Positions 27,417-35,935 of a DNA stretch of 64,000 nucleotides are shown in pieces. The stretch comes from a phage. Made by a program: the position numbers and the translations under genes. Numbering within the stretch: position 1 is the stretch's first letter; each line of letters begins with the position of its first letter. The stretch lies in sequence record NC_135730.1, one strand, 5' to 3'. The notes below the pieces were generated by a model. The model saw nothing but the letters and a program-made list of their open reading frames with translations. It did not search any database and was not told the origin of the DNA.

Positions 27417-27950
27417 CTACAAATGGTCGCTGAGGGTGTCAAGAAAATTATCCCGTTCTTTCTCAGAGTTTTCATGTGTGTAGCTGAAAAACATATCGAG
27501 AATAACCTTATTGATATATTCCAGCTCCTCTGTGTTCAGATGCTTAGCAGGATCTACAATGACATCCCAAATATCATACAGACCACACTCATGATACCCA
27601 TAACGCCACTCAATTGTCAAGCTGAGCGGCAAATCTTTACCTTCACAAACAACCTTCCATCTACATATGTTGGTATCTGGTCGTACCTGTGCACGGTACA
27701 CCTGCACAAAATCCAATTTGAATTTGAGGTACTCGTCATACAATTTAAGCACAAAGCTCTCGATTTGTGGAGACACTTTTGCAGCAAACTGTGCGTATTT
27801 GTACTTGCACTGGATGATCTTTCTGCGTTTTGCAGTTAAATTTTTTGCCGCCAGTTGTTCTTCAGTGTATCTCCACCTACGATCAACAAACGCAACAGGG
27901 TCTTTGTCCCCATAGAGGTCTTCCCAGTTAATCAGAAGCATACCTGTCAC
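27417..27950 (-). CDS. hypothetical protein
   Basis: 177-aa track ORF. Confidence 0.65.
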   Translation of the reverse strand: MTGMLLINWEDLYGDKDPVAFVDRRWRYTEEQLAAKNLTAKRRKIIQCKYKYAQFAAKVSPQIESFVLKLYDEYLKFKLDFVQVYRAQVRPDTNICRWKVVCEGKDLPLSLTIEWRYGYHECGLYDIWDVIVDPAKHLNTEELEYINKVILDMFFSYTHENSEKERDNFLDTLSDHL

Positions 27951-28180
27951 TCCTCCACAACTTCAAGGCCTTTACCGCCTCGCTCTGGCAGATTACTTAA
28001 AGATAGGTAATACATATAATCAGGAGAGATCCTGCCAGACTCTGCACCTGCAGCTAGTAAATCCTTCCCTTTAACCAGGACAACATTCTCGTTTGCAGAT
28101 AGCCGTTTTGCTTCCACAATTTTACCGACACAGTCAACCAAGGAAGGGTACCCTAAATCTGTAAGAAATTTAACTTTCAT
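27947..28180 (-). CDS. small acidic protein, paralog family A
   Basis: MKVKFLTDLGY...GKDLLAAGAESG...GLEVVEE. Confidence 0.65.
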   Translation of the reverse strand: MKVKFLTDLGYPSLVDCVGKIVEAKRLSANENVVLVKGKDLLAAGAESGRISPDYMYYLSLSNLPERGGKGLEVVEE

Positions 28181-28217
28181 GCTACCTCCTACCTACCGTC
28201 CCTGGTAAGATAAATTA

Positions 28218-28616
28218 TTACTGAACAGAGCGCGGTGCTGGGAAGGATAACTCTTCTAAAGAGAAGATTTCATTTCCTACCACCCAAGTTGCTGGGTCAT
28301 CTGGATCAACAGGTTGGATAATCATTACCTCATCCGCCTCGCACACACGTTTCCCACCCATAGTAGCGTCAGCCACTAACATACGCGGCTCTTCAGAAAT
28401 GCACAGGTAGCCACCTCGGCCCACTGTTCCTTCCACGGGATCCTGCCCTTTGACCACAATGAATACCTTCTCTCCTGTGGAGATATTACTTTTCACACTA
28501 ACAGTTTGACCAACTTTAGATGTACCGATCTTGGTGGCTTCAAACATTAAATCTCGAATTACTGTTGCATAGTTGCCGGACACTTTCTTACCTTCTTTAG
28601 TAATCTCAATCTTCAT
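28218..28616 (-). CDS. hypothetical protein (MKIEIT start, family A-like N-terminus)
   Basis: 132-aa track ORF. Confidence 0.6.
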   Translation of the reverse strand: MKIEITKEGKKVSGNYATVIRDLMFEATKIGTSKVGQTVSVKSNISTGEKVFIVVKGQDPVEGTVGRGGYLCISEEPRMLVADATMGGKRVCEADEVMIIQPVDPDDPATWVVGNEIFSLEELSFPAPRSVQ

Positions 28617-28888
28617 AATCTAGGCTCCTTAAATGAATCTATGTAATCAATTAAATCCCAAGCATCGCGATGGGCTGTCAGAGGGTATACTTCTCCGAGA
28701 GGGATCATAGCAATAAGTCTATCAAAAACCCAGTCTGGACGCAACATTTTATGGTGATATTCCCACTCACCTTCCACAGATTTTTTCTGAGTGATCAGGA
28801 TCTCTGTGTAGTGTTTCGCCTGTCTTGAGTAGATTGAAAATGACTTGTACATAAATGACCCCCTCTTGTTGAAAACAACAATACACAA
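28613..28888 (-). CDS. hypothetical protein
   Basis: 91-aa track ORF. Confidence 0.55.
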   Translation of the reverse strand: MCIVVFNKRGSFMYKSFSIYSRQAKHYTEILITQKKSVEGEWEYHHKMLRPDWVFDRLIAMIPLGEVYPLTAHRDAWDLIDYIDSFKEPRL

Positions 28889-29203
28889 CTACCAGGTTAC
28901 TGTCAAGTAGGCAACCGTATTATTTTTCTCTGGGGAGATCCCAACAACATCTACCTGCAGACCTCCTGCCCTTAAATCTCCAACAATGTGCGGGAAGTAA
29001 TCTGAGAGATGCGAGGGTAGATTTATCGAAAATCCGCACCCCAGAAAGCCTGCTAACGCTTTATTTTGTATCTCCCCTACAATCGCATCATAAATGGAGT
29101 TAAGCTCGTCAGGGAGCGTTACAGGGCGTTTTAGCGCTAGCTGGTGTAATTTGTCCTTAGCACTCATTTTCATTTCAGGTCTACCTCTGGGGGTGCCAAC
29201 CAC
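28889..29203 (-). CDS. hypothetical protein
   Basis: 104-aa track ORF. Confidence 0.55.
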   Translation of the reverse strand: MVGTPRGRPEMKMSAKDKLHQLALKRPVTLPDELNSIYDAIVGEIQNKALAGFLGCGFSINLPSHLSDYFPHIVGDLRAGGLQVDVVGISPEKNNTVAYLTVTW

Positions 29204-29703
29204 ATAAACGGCGGCAAGTCTAAACGGTTTTTCTTATCCCACACAAAATATGCATATGCTTGCCCGTCAGTTCTGCCGTTTGATTGAAATGATGGACGCT
29301 TAGATATTGTGATCACAGTAGTAGGTGCATTATCAAGCCACCATTCAAATCTGGCTTTGCTTTCCAGAAAATTAAGACGCAAAAGCATAATAACTACGTC
29401 AGCATCTTTCAACGCCTTGTCTACAAACTCACGAGCCAGGCTGTATGGTGGGTTGGTGATAATACAGTCAACATGGTTGTATTCTGTATTCAGATAGTCA
29501 ACACCTTCTTGTATTTCTCCCCATGCAGATCCTAACGGCATACGGGAGTAGAACACACCTGAGGCACTATTCCTGCAAGGCTCTAAGTAGGTCCAGTCTT
29601 CTGGGAACGGAATAAGGTCATACAGCCCTTCTGCACACCACTCCGGTGTCACATACTCATCGTAGGCGTTACGTTGTTCATCAGGTTTTCTAGCACAAGT
29701 CAT
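29170..29703 (-). CDS. DNA N6-adenine methyltransferase
   Basis: catalytic motif IV CIITNPPY. Confidence 0.65.
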   Translation of the reverse strand: MTCARKPDEQRNAYDEYVTPEWCAEGLYDLIPFPEDWTYLEPCRNSASGVFYSRMPLGSAWGEIQEGVDYLNTEYNHVDCIITNPPYSLAREFVDKALKDADVVIMLLRLNFLESKARFEWWLDNAPTTVITISKRPSFQSNGRTDGQAYAYFVWDKKNRLDLPPFMWLAPPEVDLK

Positions 29704-29754
29704 GCAAATCTCCAGATCATAAAAGCCCTCCGAAGAGGGCTTTAGAATTAATGT

Positions 29755-30804
29755 TTAAGCTTCTTCGACAATTCCTGCACCCAGGATTTTTTCATTGAGC
29801 TCTTTTGCTGTTTTAATAATATTGTCCACCAGACGCTTGCGAGTCTTATCTTTCACCTTAACCTCTTCACCGCCGTTCAGAGTAGTCTTCAATTGAGACA
29901 GAATATCCTGAAGTTCAACGACAGAGAATCTCTGCAGATCTTCTGAAGTAATCTCACCCAGGGCAATTCTGACGGTCTCGCCACTCTCCATCTGCAGATT
30001 CAGGAACACAGTGTGAACATCACCTTTCGAACCACCCGCTTTTGCAGATTCAACAGCATGAACTAACTCATCTAAAGATGTGCACTGGTGAATCTCCGGA
30101 AGACCTGCTTCACCTAACACGCCTTCTTCATCACCTTTTGCCAGAAGCTTTTTCGGTTTTTGTCCGTTCTGGATGCGTTGTATGTTGCCTTCATCCAGAA
30201 TAATAGCTCCAGTGCGTGCTGCCAGCTCTTCTCCGTCCAACCACACTTCGCCACCAGCTGTGATGGATGCGATCTCATCTTCTGTCAGCACCCCACCGTA
30301 GTATTTTTCGATCAGGCGTTCAAAACGTTTTTTCCAGTAGCTGACCTGAGTATTCATGTTCACACCGTTACCATAAGTGCCACCTTGATAGTAGTGGAAC
30401 ATAAACTCTGTGTCCGGAGCCACAGTACGTTCTTTACAACCAAGCCATAAGATTGTTCCAGCAGAGCAGCACATCCCTTCAGCATGTGCAACAACGCTTG
30501 CCTGAGACTCGCGGAATGCCTGCAAATACGCCATAGCAATGTGAACGCAACCACCAGGACTGTTAATGATTACACGGATACTTTCTTCTGGCTGAGCCAT
30601 ACGGATCGTCTGCAGACGAGACATATGATCTTGTAAGTCTTCCAAATCGTCGATATAAAGAACGTGGTCAACAACAGGTGTTGGGTAGCTGTATGTTTCC
30701 ATAATACCACCCGGCATACCAAACATTTTATTACTCATAGGTTCGAAACCGTTCTGTTTTTCTTTCATGCCGTGTACCATGGTGCTGCGAGGTGTTAAAT
30801 TCAT
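29755..30804 (-). CDS. ClpP-like serine peptidase (S14) with about 170-aa helical C-terminal extension
   Basis: SPGGCVHIAMAYL and GMCCSAGTILWLG resemble the ClpP active-site region; Lys/Glu-rich C-terminus. Confidence 0.6.
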   Translation of the reverse strand: MNLTPRSTMVHGMKEKQNGFEPMSNKMFGMPGGIMETYSYPTPVVDHVLYIDDLEDLQDHMSRLQTIRMAQPEESIRVIINSPGGCVHIAMAYLQAFRESQASVVAHAEGMCCSAGTILWLGCKERTVAPDTEFMFHYYQGGTYGNGVNMNTQVSYWKKRFERLIEKYYGGVLTEDEIASITAGGEVWLDGEELAARTGAIILDEGNIQRIQNGQKPKKLLAKGDEEGVLGEAGLPEIHQCTSLDELVHAVESAKAGGSKGDVHTVFLNLQMESGETVRIALGEITSEDLQRFSVVELQDILSQLKTTLNGGEEVKVKDKTRKRLVDNIIKTAKELNEKILGAGIVEEA

Positions 30805-30864
30805 GAGAAATCCTTAATATTGGAAGTTGAAAGCTATTTATTTAAAACTGATTCACATTTACCT

Positions 30865-31176
30865 TTATTTAGCAATCACTAGGGAATACTTACGATTGTC
30901 AGAAGCATCACAGCTCAATGATTGCCAGTCTACCACATACCACGTATCATTGTCAACAATTACTTTATCGCCTGTTCTGTAGCAGGTGCTGCTTTCAATA
31001 ATCCGAGACTCGATAAAGAATCTGTGTCGGCGCTCACGTAGCAACGCTAAGTTGATTATATTACCACCACTGTCCTTGATCCACACATTCTTGGATCCTT
31101 TATTTGCCAAAATTGTCTCGCCGTTATAGACAAACAGGCAGTATATTTTATTCAGTCTCTCTTGTATTGTAGCCAT
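30865..31176 (-). CDS. hypothetical protein
   Basis: 103-aa track ORF. Confidence 0.55.
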   Translation of the reverse strand: MATIQERLNKIYCLFVYNGETILANKGSKNVWIKDSGGNIINLALLRERRHRFFIESRIIESSTCYRTGDKVIVDNDTWYVVDWQSLSCDASDNRKYSLVIAK

Positions 31177-31231
31177 ACTATCTCCTTCTCCTTGTTTTGT
31201 CCGATAATAATACCTAAAGCTTATCTGTTTG

Positions 31232-32161
31232 TCAACAATTGTCTTCTAGAAACTCTACAATATCATGAGAGTACCAGAACCACTCCGTTGCCCCGTCGAA
31301 ACCTTCGAAGTGGCAGTTGCGATCTGCAAAGACTTTATGCACCAATTTTTCAAGCTGCATGGTAGCACACCCCTGCTCGAAAGTAAATACTTTAAGCACG
31401 TGAACAGGAAAATTTGTGTTCCTTCTTATGTTGTATAGTCTGCTCTGTAGATTGATAGTCACCCCAACTTTTATAACCGTGGGAATGGTAAGATCATCAA
31501 CAAGAAGGTACAGACAGCTCTCTTTAGTACTCTGCCTGAATCCTGAAGTAGAGCATTCTGGGCAACCGTTACCGCACAGGTGGTTTGCAGGCTGTTGAAG
31601 AAACTTACACCCGCAAGACTTGCAGATAATGGTTACAGGAGTGTGGGTATTCACATACTTCACTTCTGAATAGTCATATATGTCTCCGTGTAGTTGAGTA
31701 GCATCCTCTATGAATCTATCTTTAGACTTCCTCATCTTTTTAGCTGTCGCTCTTTTTCCACACTTGTAGCACCCACCAGCTAAATGATTTGCAACTGTCT
31801 GCTTGAACTCTCCGTGGATGGGGCAAATAATAGTAACAGTGTCGTTCCTGTTAGAAAAACTTTTTACAAGAGAGTAGTCATACTTCCCCTTGTGCAGTTC
31901 TGTTGCCCTTTTTACAAACTCCTCCTTAGACATTCGGAATCTCTCACTTAACTCCCTGTTCTTACAATCTGGGCATCCTGCGCCTATAAGGTGAGACTTA
32001 GGAGTTTTACTAAAAACTGTACCACACTTGTTGCACACTATATTCACAGGTGTTGTGTTGTTTTTGTATACAACTTTGGAGTAATCATACTTGTCACCAT
32101 GCTTATCAGTAGCTTTCTTGATAAACACTTCTTCTCGTGATAACTGTTCTCCTAAACGCAT
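31232..32161 (-). CDS. putative free-standing homing-endonuclease-like protein (three Zn-ribbon repeats plus T5orf172/GIY-YIG-like C-terminal domain)
   Basis: three tandem repeats KYDYS...P(V)(N/T)I(V/I)C..CG..F...P..HL.G.GCP.C; C-terminal domain family named from memory. Confidence 0.45.
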   Translation of the reverse strand: MRLGEQLSREEVFIKKATDKHGDKYDYSKVVYKNNTTPVNIVCNKCGTVFSKTPKSHLIGAGCPDCKNRELSERFRMSKEEFVKRATELHKGKYDYSLVKSFSNRNDTVTIICPIHGEFKQTVANHLAGGCYKCGKRATAKKMRKSKDRFIEDATQLHGDIYDYSEVKYVNTHTPVTIICKSCGCKFLQQPANHLCGNGCPECSTSGFRQSTKESCLYLLVDDLTIPTVIKVGVTINLQSRLYNIRRNTNFPVHVLKVFTFEQGCATMQLEKLVHKVFADRNCHFEGFDGATEWFWYSHDIVEFLEDNC

Positions 32162-32202
32162 CTTAAATAGAGGGTGAATAATATCACCCTCTCTCCTATA
32201 TA

Positions 32203-32997
32203 TTATAAACCTGCCTCAGGGGTCCACACACCTTTATTACGGTCAGTCATAAGGCCTAGTGCAAACAGTCTACCAATGCCTGAGCGAACCACATCTTCTG
32301 GCTCGTCAAAATCTACGATACCAACACCGTTGATTTCGTGCCTCGTTACAAAGTCGATCAGCCACTGAAGTCCTGAGGTGCCTTTGAGATCGTTCTGTCG
32401 TAAGTCTCCCATGCAAATCATTTGTGCATGCTCACCAAGCCGTGTGGCAATTGCCAAAGCCTCTGCACAGGTTGTCAACTGAAACTCATCAACTAGGATG
32501 ATGCAACGATCAGAGAAATCTCGACCTCGGATTGTTGCAACCTCTTGCACCTCGATGCGCCCAGTCTGACCGTCTCCCAATAACGTACTATAAGCACCAG
32601 GTCCGAGTCGTTTTTTGAGAGTTTCTAAAATTGATTTTAAGAAAGGTTCGTTTTTCTGTAATACACCTCCAGGTTTGAACCCCGTGCCATGGCTTCCACA
32701 TTCAACATTTGGGCGGCAAACAATAATTCTATCAATCTCGTTCTTACGAAGCAGGTCTGCAGCATAAGCTGCAGCCATAAACGACTTGCCTGTGCCAAAC
32801 AGCCCTGTTGCGATCACTAACTGTTTAGTTTTAAGAAGGTGGAGATAATACTCTTGTTTTTTATTCATCGGTCGGAGAGCTGGAGCTGTGTGCTCTCGTT
32901 CTTCAGCAAATTTCTCAGCAGCTTTACGCAGGCGATCAGATTTGCGAGCCTCTTTAGCTTCATCACGCATGCGTTTTGTTTCTTTAGCTCGACCCAT
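32203..32997 (-). CDS. phoH: PhoH-like ATPase
   Basis: P-loop ATGLFGTGKSFMAAA and Walker B ILVDEFQ in PhoH-like arrangement. Confidence 0.7.
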   Translation of the reverse strand: MGRAKETKRMRDEAKEARKSDRLRKAAEKFAEEREHTAPALRPMNKKQEYYLHLLKTKQLVIATGLFGTGKSFMAAAYAADLLRKNEIDRIIVCRPNVECGSHGTGFKPGGVLQKNEPFLKSILETLKKRLGPGAYSTLLGDGQTGRIEVQEVATIRGRDFSDRCIILVDEFQLTTCAEALAIATRLGEHAQMICMGDLRQNDLKGTSGLQWLIDFVTRHEINGVGIVDFDEPEDVVRSGIGRLFALGLMTDRNKGVWTPEAGL

Positions 32998-33035
32998 GTT
33001 GGGACTCCTTTCAGATTGAGATGTGTCTGGAACTT

Positions 33036-33386
33036 TTACTGCAACAGTTTTTCAATAGCCGCTTCCATGCTGCTTGCAACAGCCTGAACTCGGATATTCA
33101 TCTCTTCTTGGTGGATCAGCTCCTTAAGCTCTTTAATGGTAAATTCTTTAGAGAAACCTTCCACCATAATCTTGTGTAAGGCTTCTTGCGTACCTACTTG
33201 CAAGAACTTTTCCAGTTTGTTGGCAGAGGCTTCTAAATCAGCCCGAATACGAGGGTCATCTGTGCGATTCAGCATTAGACGTAAGCCATCAAGATTAGTA
33301 GAAATAGCATCTGCATGTTGAGTAACTAACCGTGGCAAAATGAGATCTACAAACTTATTAGCCAAATCGATACGTTCTTGTGTCAC
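33036..33386 (-). CDS. hypothetical alpha-helical protein (GTG start)
   Basis: 116-aa track ORF; GTG start overlaps stop of upstream micro-ORF. Confidence 0.55.
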   Translation of the reverse strand: MTQERIDLANKFVDLILPRLVTQHADAISTNLDGLRLMLNRTDDPRIRADLEASANKLEKFLQVGTQEALHKIMVEGFSKEFTIKELKELIHQEEMNIRVQAVASSMEAAIEKLLQ

Positions 33387-33496
33387 TGTTGCACCCCCTC
33401 TTCATCTTCATGATGTTTCTTTTCACGCTTGTGTTTTTTCTTAAGCTCAAGCGCAATCTCTTTCTTGTACGCCTTCTTCAAGGCTTTTTTAGCCAT
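33383..33496 (-). CDS. Lys-rich micro-protein (37 aa)
   Basis: MAKKALKKAYKKEIALELKKKHKREKKHHEDEEGVQQ after GAGGAGGTG RBS; coupled to downstream GTG. Confidence 0.4.
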   Translation of the reverse strand: MAKKALKKAYKKEIALELKKKHKREKKHHEDEEGVQQ

Positions 33497-33560
33497 TTGG
33501 CACCTCCTCTGCTTTCATTTTACGATAATTATACCTATCTAAACAAAGCTTTGTCAACAA

Positions 33561-34034
33561 CTAGTCTACCTGGACCCAACCGCCTGCTACTTTTTTAAAC
33601 ATTCTTTGGTTATCGCTACCTCGGAACGGTTTCTTGGTTGGTAAATCTTTTACATACTTACCGTCAATGATGATATCAGCCAGTTTAAGAACATTACTAG
33701 AGATATGGTCAAATGTGAACCCAGTATATACAAGAATAGTTTTCTTGTCACCAAATTTTTCCTTAATTTTCTCCATCAGGCTAATAATATCTGGCTCATT
33801 ATAGTATGCTAAGGGTTCTCCACCCAGCAGAGAGATACCGCACACAGACGGGTTATCTAAATCTGACAAGATTTTTTGCAAGTCTTCTTCAGTAAACTCT
33901 CTCCCCTTATCTTTTGACCAAAATGCCTGATTAAAGCAACCAGGGCAAGCGTGTGGGCACCCAGATACCCATAAGGCAGTTCTAATACCTGGCCCTTCGG
34001 TGTAAGATATTTCTGTGTATCCGGCAATATTCAT
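33561..34034 (-). CDS. nrdG: anaerobic ribonucleotide reductase activating protein (radical SAM)
   Basis: CPHACPGC cluster near N-terminus; adjacent to nrdD. Confidence 0.8.
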   Translation of the reverse strand: MNIAGYTEISYTEGPGIRTALWVSGCPHACPGCFNQAFWSKDKGREFTEEDLQKILSDLDNPSVCGISLLGGEPLAYYNEPDIISLMEKIKEKFGDKKTILVYTGFTFDHISSNVLKLADIIIDGKYVKDLPTKKPFRGSDNQRMFKKVAGGWVQVD

Positions 34035-34147
34035 AGATACTCCGCATCACATTTAGGGCAATGCCAAATAAAATCGTCCAGTGCCTTGCACCAACGAAGA
34101 TTGCAACGACAACCACACTTGCAAATTTTATAAATACCTGTAGACAT
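34031..34147 (-). CDS. Cys-rich Zn-ribbon micro-protein (38 aa)
   Basis: MSTGIYKICKCGCRCNLRWCKALDDFIWHCPKCDAEYL after AGGAGG; stop overlaps nrdG ATG. Confidence 0.45.
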   Translation of the reverse strand: MSTGIYKICKCGCRCNLRWCKALDDFIWHCPKCDAEYL

Positions 34148-34210
34148 ACTGTACCTCCTAGCTCACTGTGTGTCAATAATATGCCACATCCTTGTGGCTT
34201 TTGTCAAGTA

Positions 34211-35206
34211 TCAGCAACCACAACTTCCGTAGTGCTTAACCCGTTCTATAACTTCCGCTTGCTTACCTTTATTGTAAGGACGGGAGTTTGGACTAGACAG
34301 GTACCCGGATACACGTCTGATCACACTGATCGTTCCCTCTTCATGGTTTCCACACTCTGGGCATACGAATCCCTTAGCTGTTGCACTGAACTCACCAGAG
34401 AAACCACACTTAAGACATTTATCCACAGGCTGGTTGATACCAAAATACATAATGTGTTTATATCCGAAATCAACAAGAGCTTCCAAAGCATCTAAGTTGT
34501 TTTTCAGATTTGGTGTCTCTACGTATCCGATGTTGCCACCAGAGGAGATCATAGCAAAACCTTCCTCATACTCCCACTTATCAAAAGGAGAGCTATTGAT
34601 CCATACTGGCTGATGGAAACTGTTGGTGAGATATTCATGCTCGTGCTTCAACACTTCAGGATATTCACGATCCAGACAGGTTGCAGCTTTATAGCATAGA
34701 CTCTCAGAAGGGGTGCCGTACAAGCTAAATGCTAGTCCACTTTCCTTCTTATATCGCTCACAAGCATCTTTCATGTGCTGAAGGATTCCAAGAGCTAAAG
34801 CCTTGTCACCCTCTCTGCCCAAAATCTGACAGGTTTCATACACACCAATATACCCAATACTGATGGAAGCGTACCCGTCATAGAAGAGTTTATCAATACT
34901 CTCTTCAGGATCCAGGCGAGCAAGAGCGCCTTCACACCACATGATGGGGTTCTGCCCTGCCTTTGTTCCTTTTAGACGGTTAACCCTTACAAGGTGAGCC
35001 TCGTATGCAAGATCTAAGTATTCGTCAAGAACTGCAAAGAAATCAACACCTTCCGTCTTAGCTTTTGCCGCAATCATTGGCAAGTTAAGGCTAACAACAC
35101 CCAAGTTGAATCTGCCAAGGTATTTCTCCTCGCCTGTTACAGGGTCGCTATATTTCGATAAGAAACTTCTACACATTATGTTCAGGGTGGTTCGCAAGTC
35201 CACCCC
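34211..35206 (-). CDS. nrdD: anaerobic ribonucleoside-triphosphate reductase NrdD, exon 2 (C-terminal part; 5' boundary approximate)
   Basis: glycyl-radical region RVSGYL and C-terminal Zn-ribbon CPECG...CGC; frame open upstream of the first track Met. Confidence 0.75.
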   Translation of the reverse strand, partial: GVDLRTTLNIMCRSFLSKYSDPVTGEEKYLGRFNLGVVSLNLPMIAAKAKTEGVDFFAVLDEYLDLAYEAHLVRVNRLKGTKAGQNPIMWCEGALARLDPEESIDKLFYDGYASISIGYIGVYETCQILGREGDKALALGILQHMKDACERYKKESGLAFSLYGTPSESLCYKAATCLDREYPEVLKHEHEYLTNSFHQPVWINSSPFDKWEYEEGFAMISSGGNIGYVETPNLKNNLDALEALVDFGYKHIMYFGINQPVDKCLKCGFSGEFSATAKGFVCPECGNHEEGTISVIRRVSGYLSSPNSRPYNKGKQAEVIERVKHYGSCGC

Positions 35207-35935
35207 CGCACCTTTACGTGCTGCTGCATGTTCCCATGCAGATCAGACTATATCTTCACACTTAGTGTGTCTACCATTTCGAGTGTCATCGGCTTACACC
35301 CTACACCGCTACATTCATCACGGTTAGTCGTTAGGCATTTCGTAACAGAACTCGTAATCATAGTTATTAGGCGCACCACGTTTCAGGATAGCAGATATTC
35401 TTTTTCTATCCACTCCTAAAACATCAGCACAACATCTCAGACTTTTAAAGTGGAAAACCTCACCAGTTAATTTGTTGGTGGCTTTCACACCGTGGCATCT
35501 TGTGTAAAAAGCATAACAGTTGTTGTTGTATCCTTCTTGCGTATTGTCTGGGCAAGCTCCCCACTCAAGGTTGTATACACTGTTATCTTTCCTGTTGTCC
35601 CCTTTGTGCTTAACATAGGGTAAATTGTCTGGATTTGGTAAGAACGCTTCAGCAACAAGTCTGTGAACCCTTAGGCAAACAGTCTTTTTGTTCTTGCGTA
35701 TCCTAACAAGACGGTAACCTGTGTTTATCTCTTCCCACGAATGAATAATTCTTTCATTTTCGTAGCGGGTGCAATAAACATTGCCCATCTCGTCAATTTC
35801 ATAACCTTCAAAATCACGAATTTGTTTTCTCATTTCAGGACTCCTCTTGGTCAGGAGTTCTGTTACGTTTAGCACGGGATTGTCCGTTCTGGAGTTTCCC
35901 CGTTTAGATAGATTTTACATGAGCAGTTATAGTTT
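35207..35935 (-). mobile_element. group I intron in nrdD (boundaries approximate)
   Basis: core elements on minus strand: P-like cuaAACGGGGAAAcucc, Q-like AAUCCCGUG, R-like AACGACUAA, exact S AAGAUAUAGUC; exon ends GGGU. Confidence 0.65.
35324..35875 (-). CDS. HNH homing endonuclease (intron-encoded)
   Basis: HRLVAEAF...VKHKGDNRKDNSVYNLEW HNH motif; lies between the two NrdD halves. Confidence 0.7.
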   Translation of the reverse strand: MLNVTELLTKRSPEMRKQIRDFEGYEIDEMGNVYCTRYENERIIHSWEEINTGYRLVRIRKNKKTVCLRVHRLVAEAFLPNPDNLPYVKHKGDNRKDNSVYNLEWGACPDNTQEGYNNNCYAFYTRCHGVKATNKLTGEVFHFKSLRCCADVLGVDRKRISAILKRGAPNNYDYEFCYEMPND

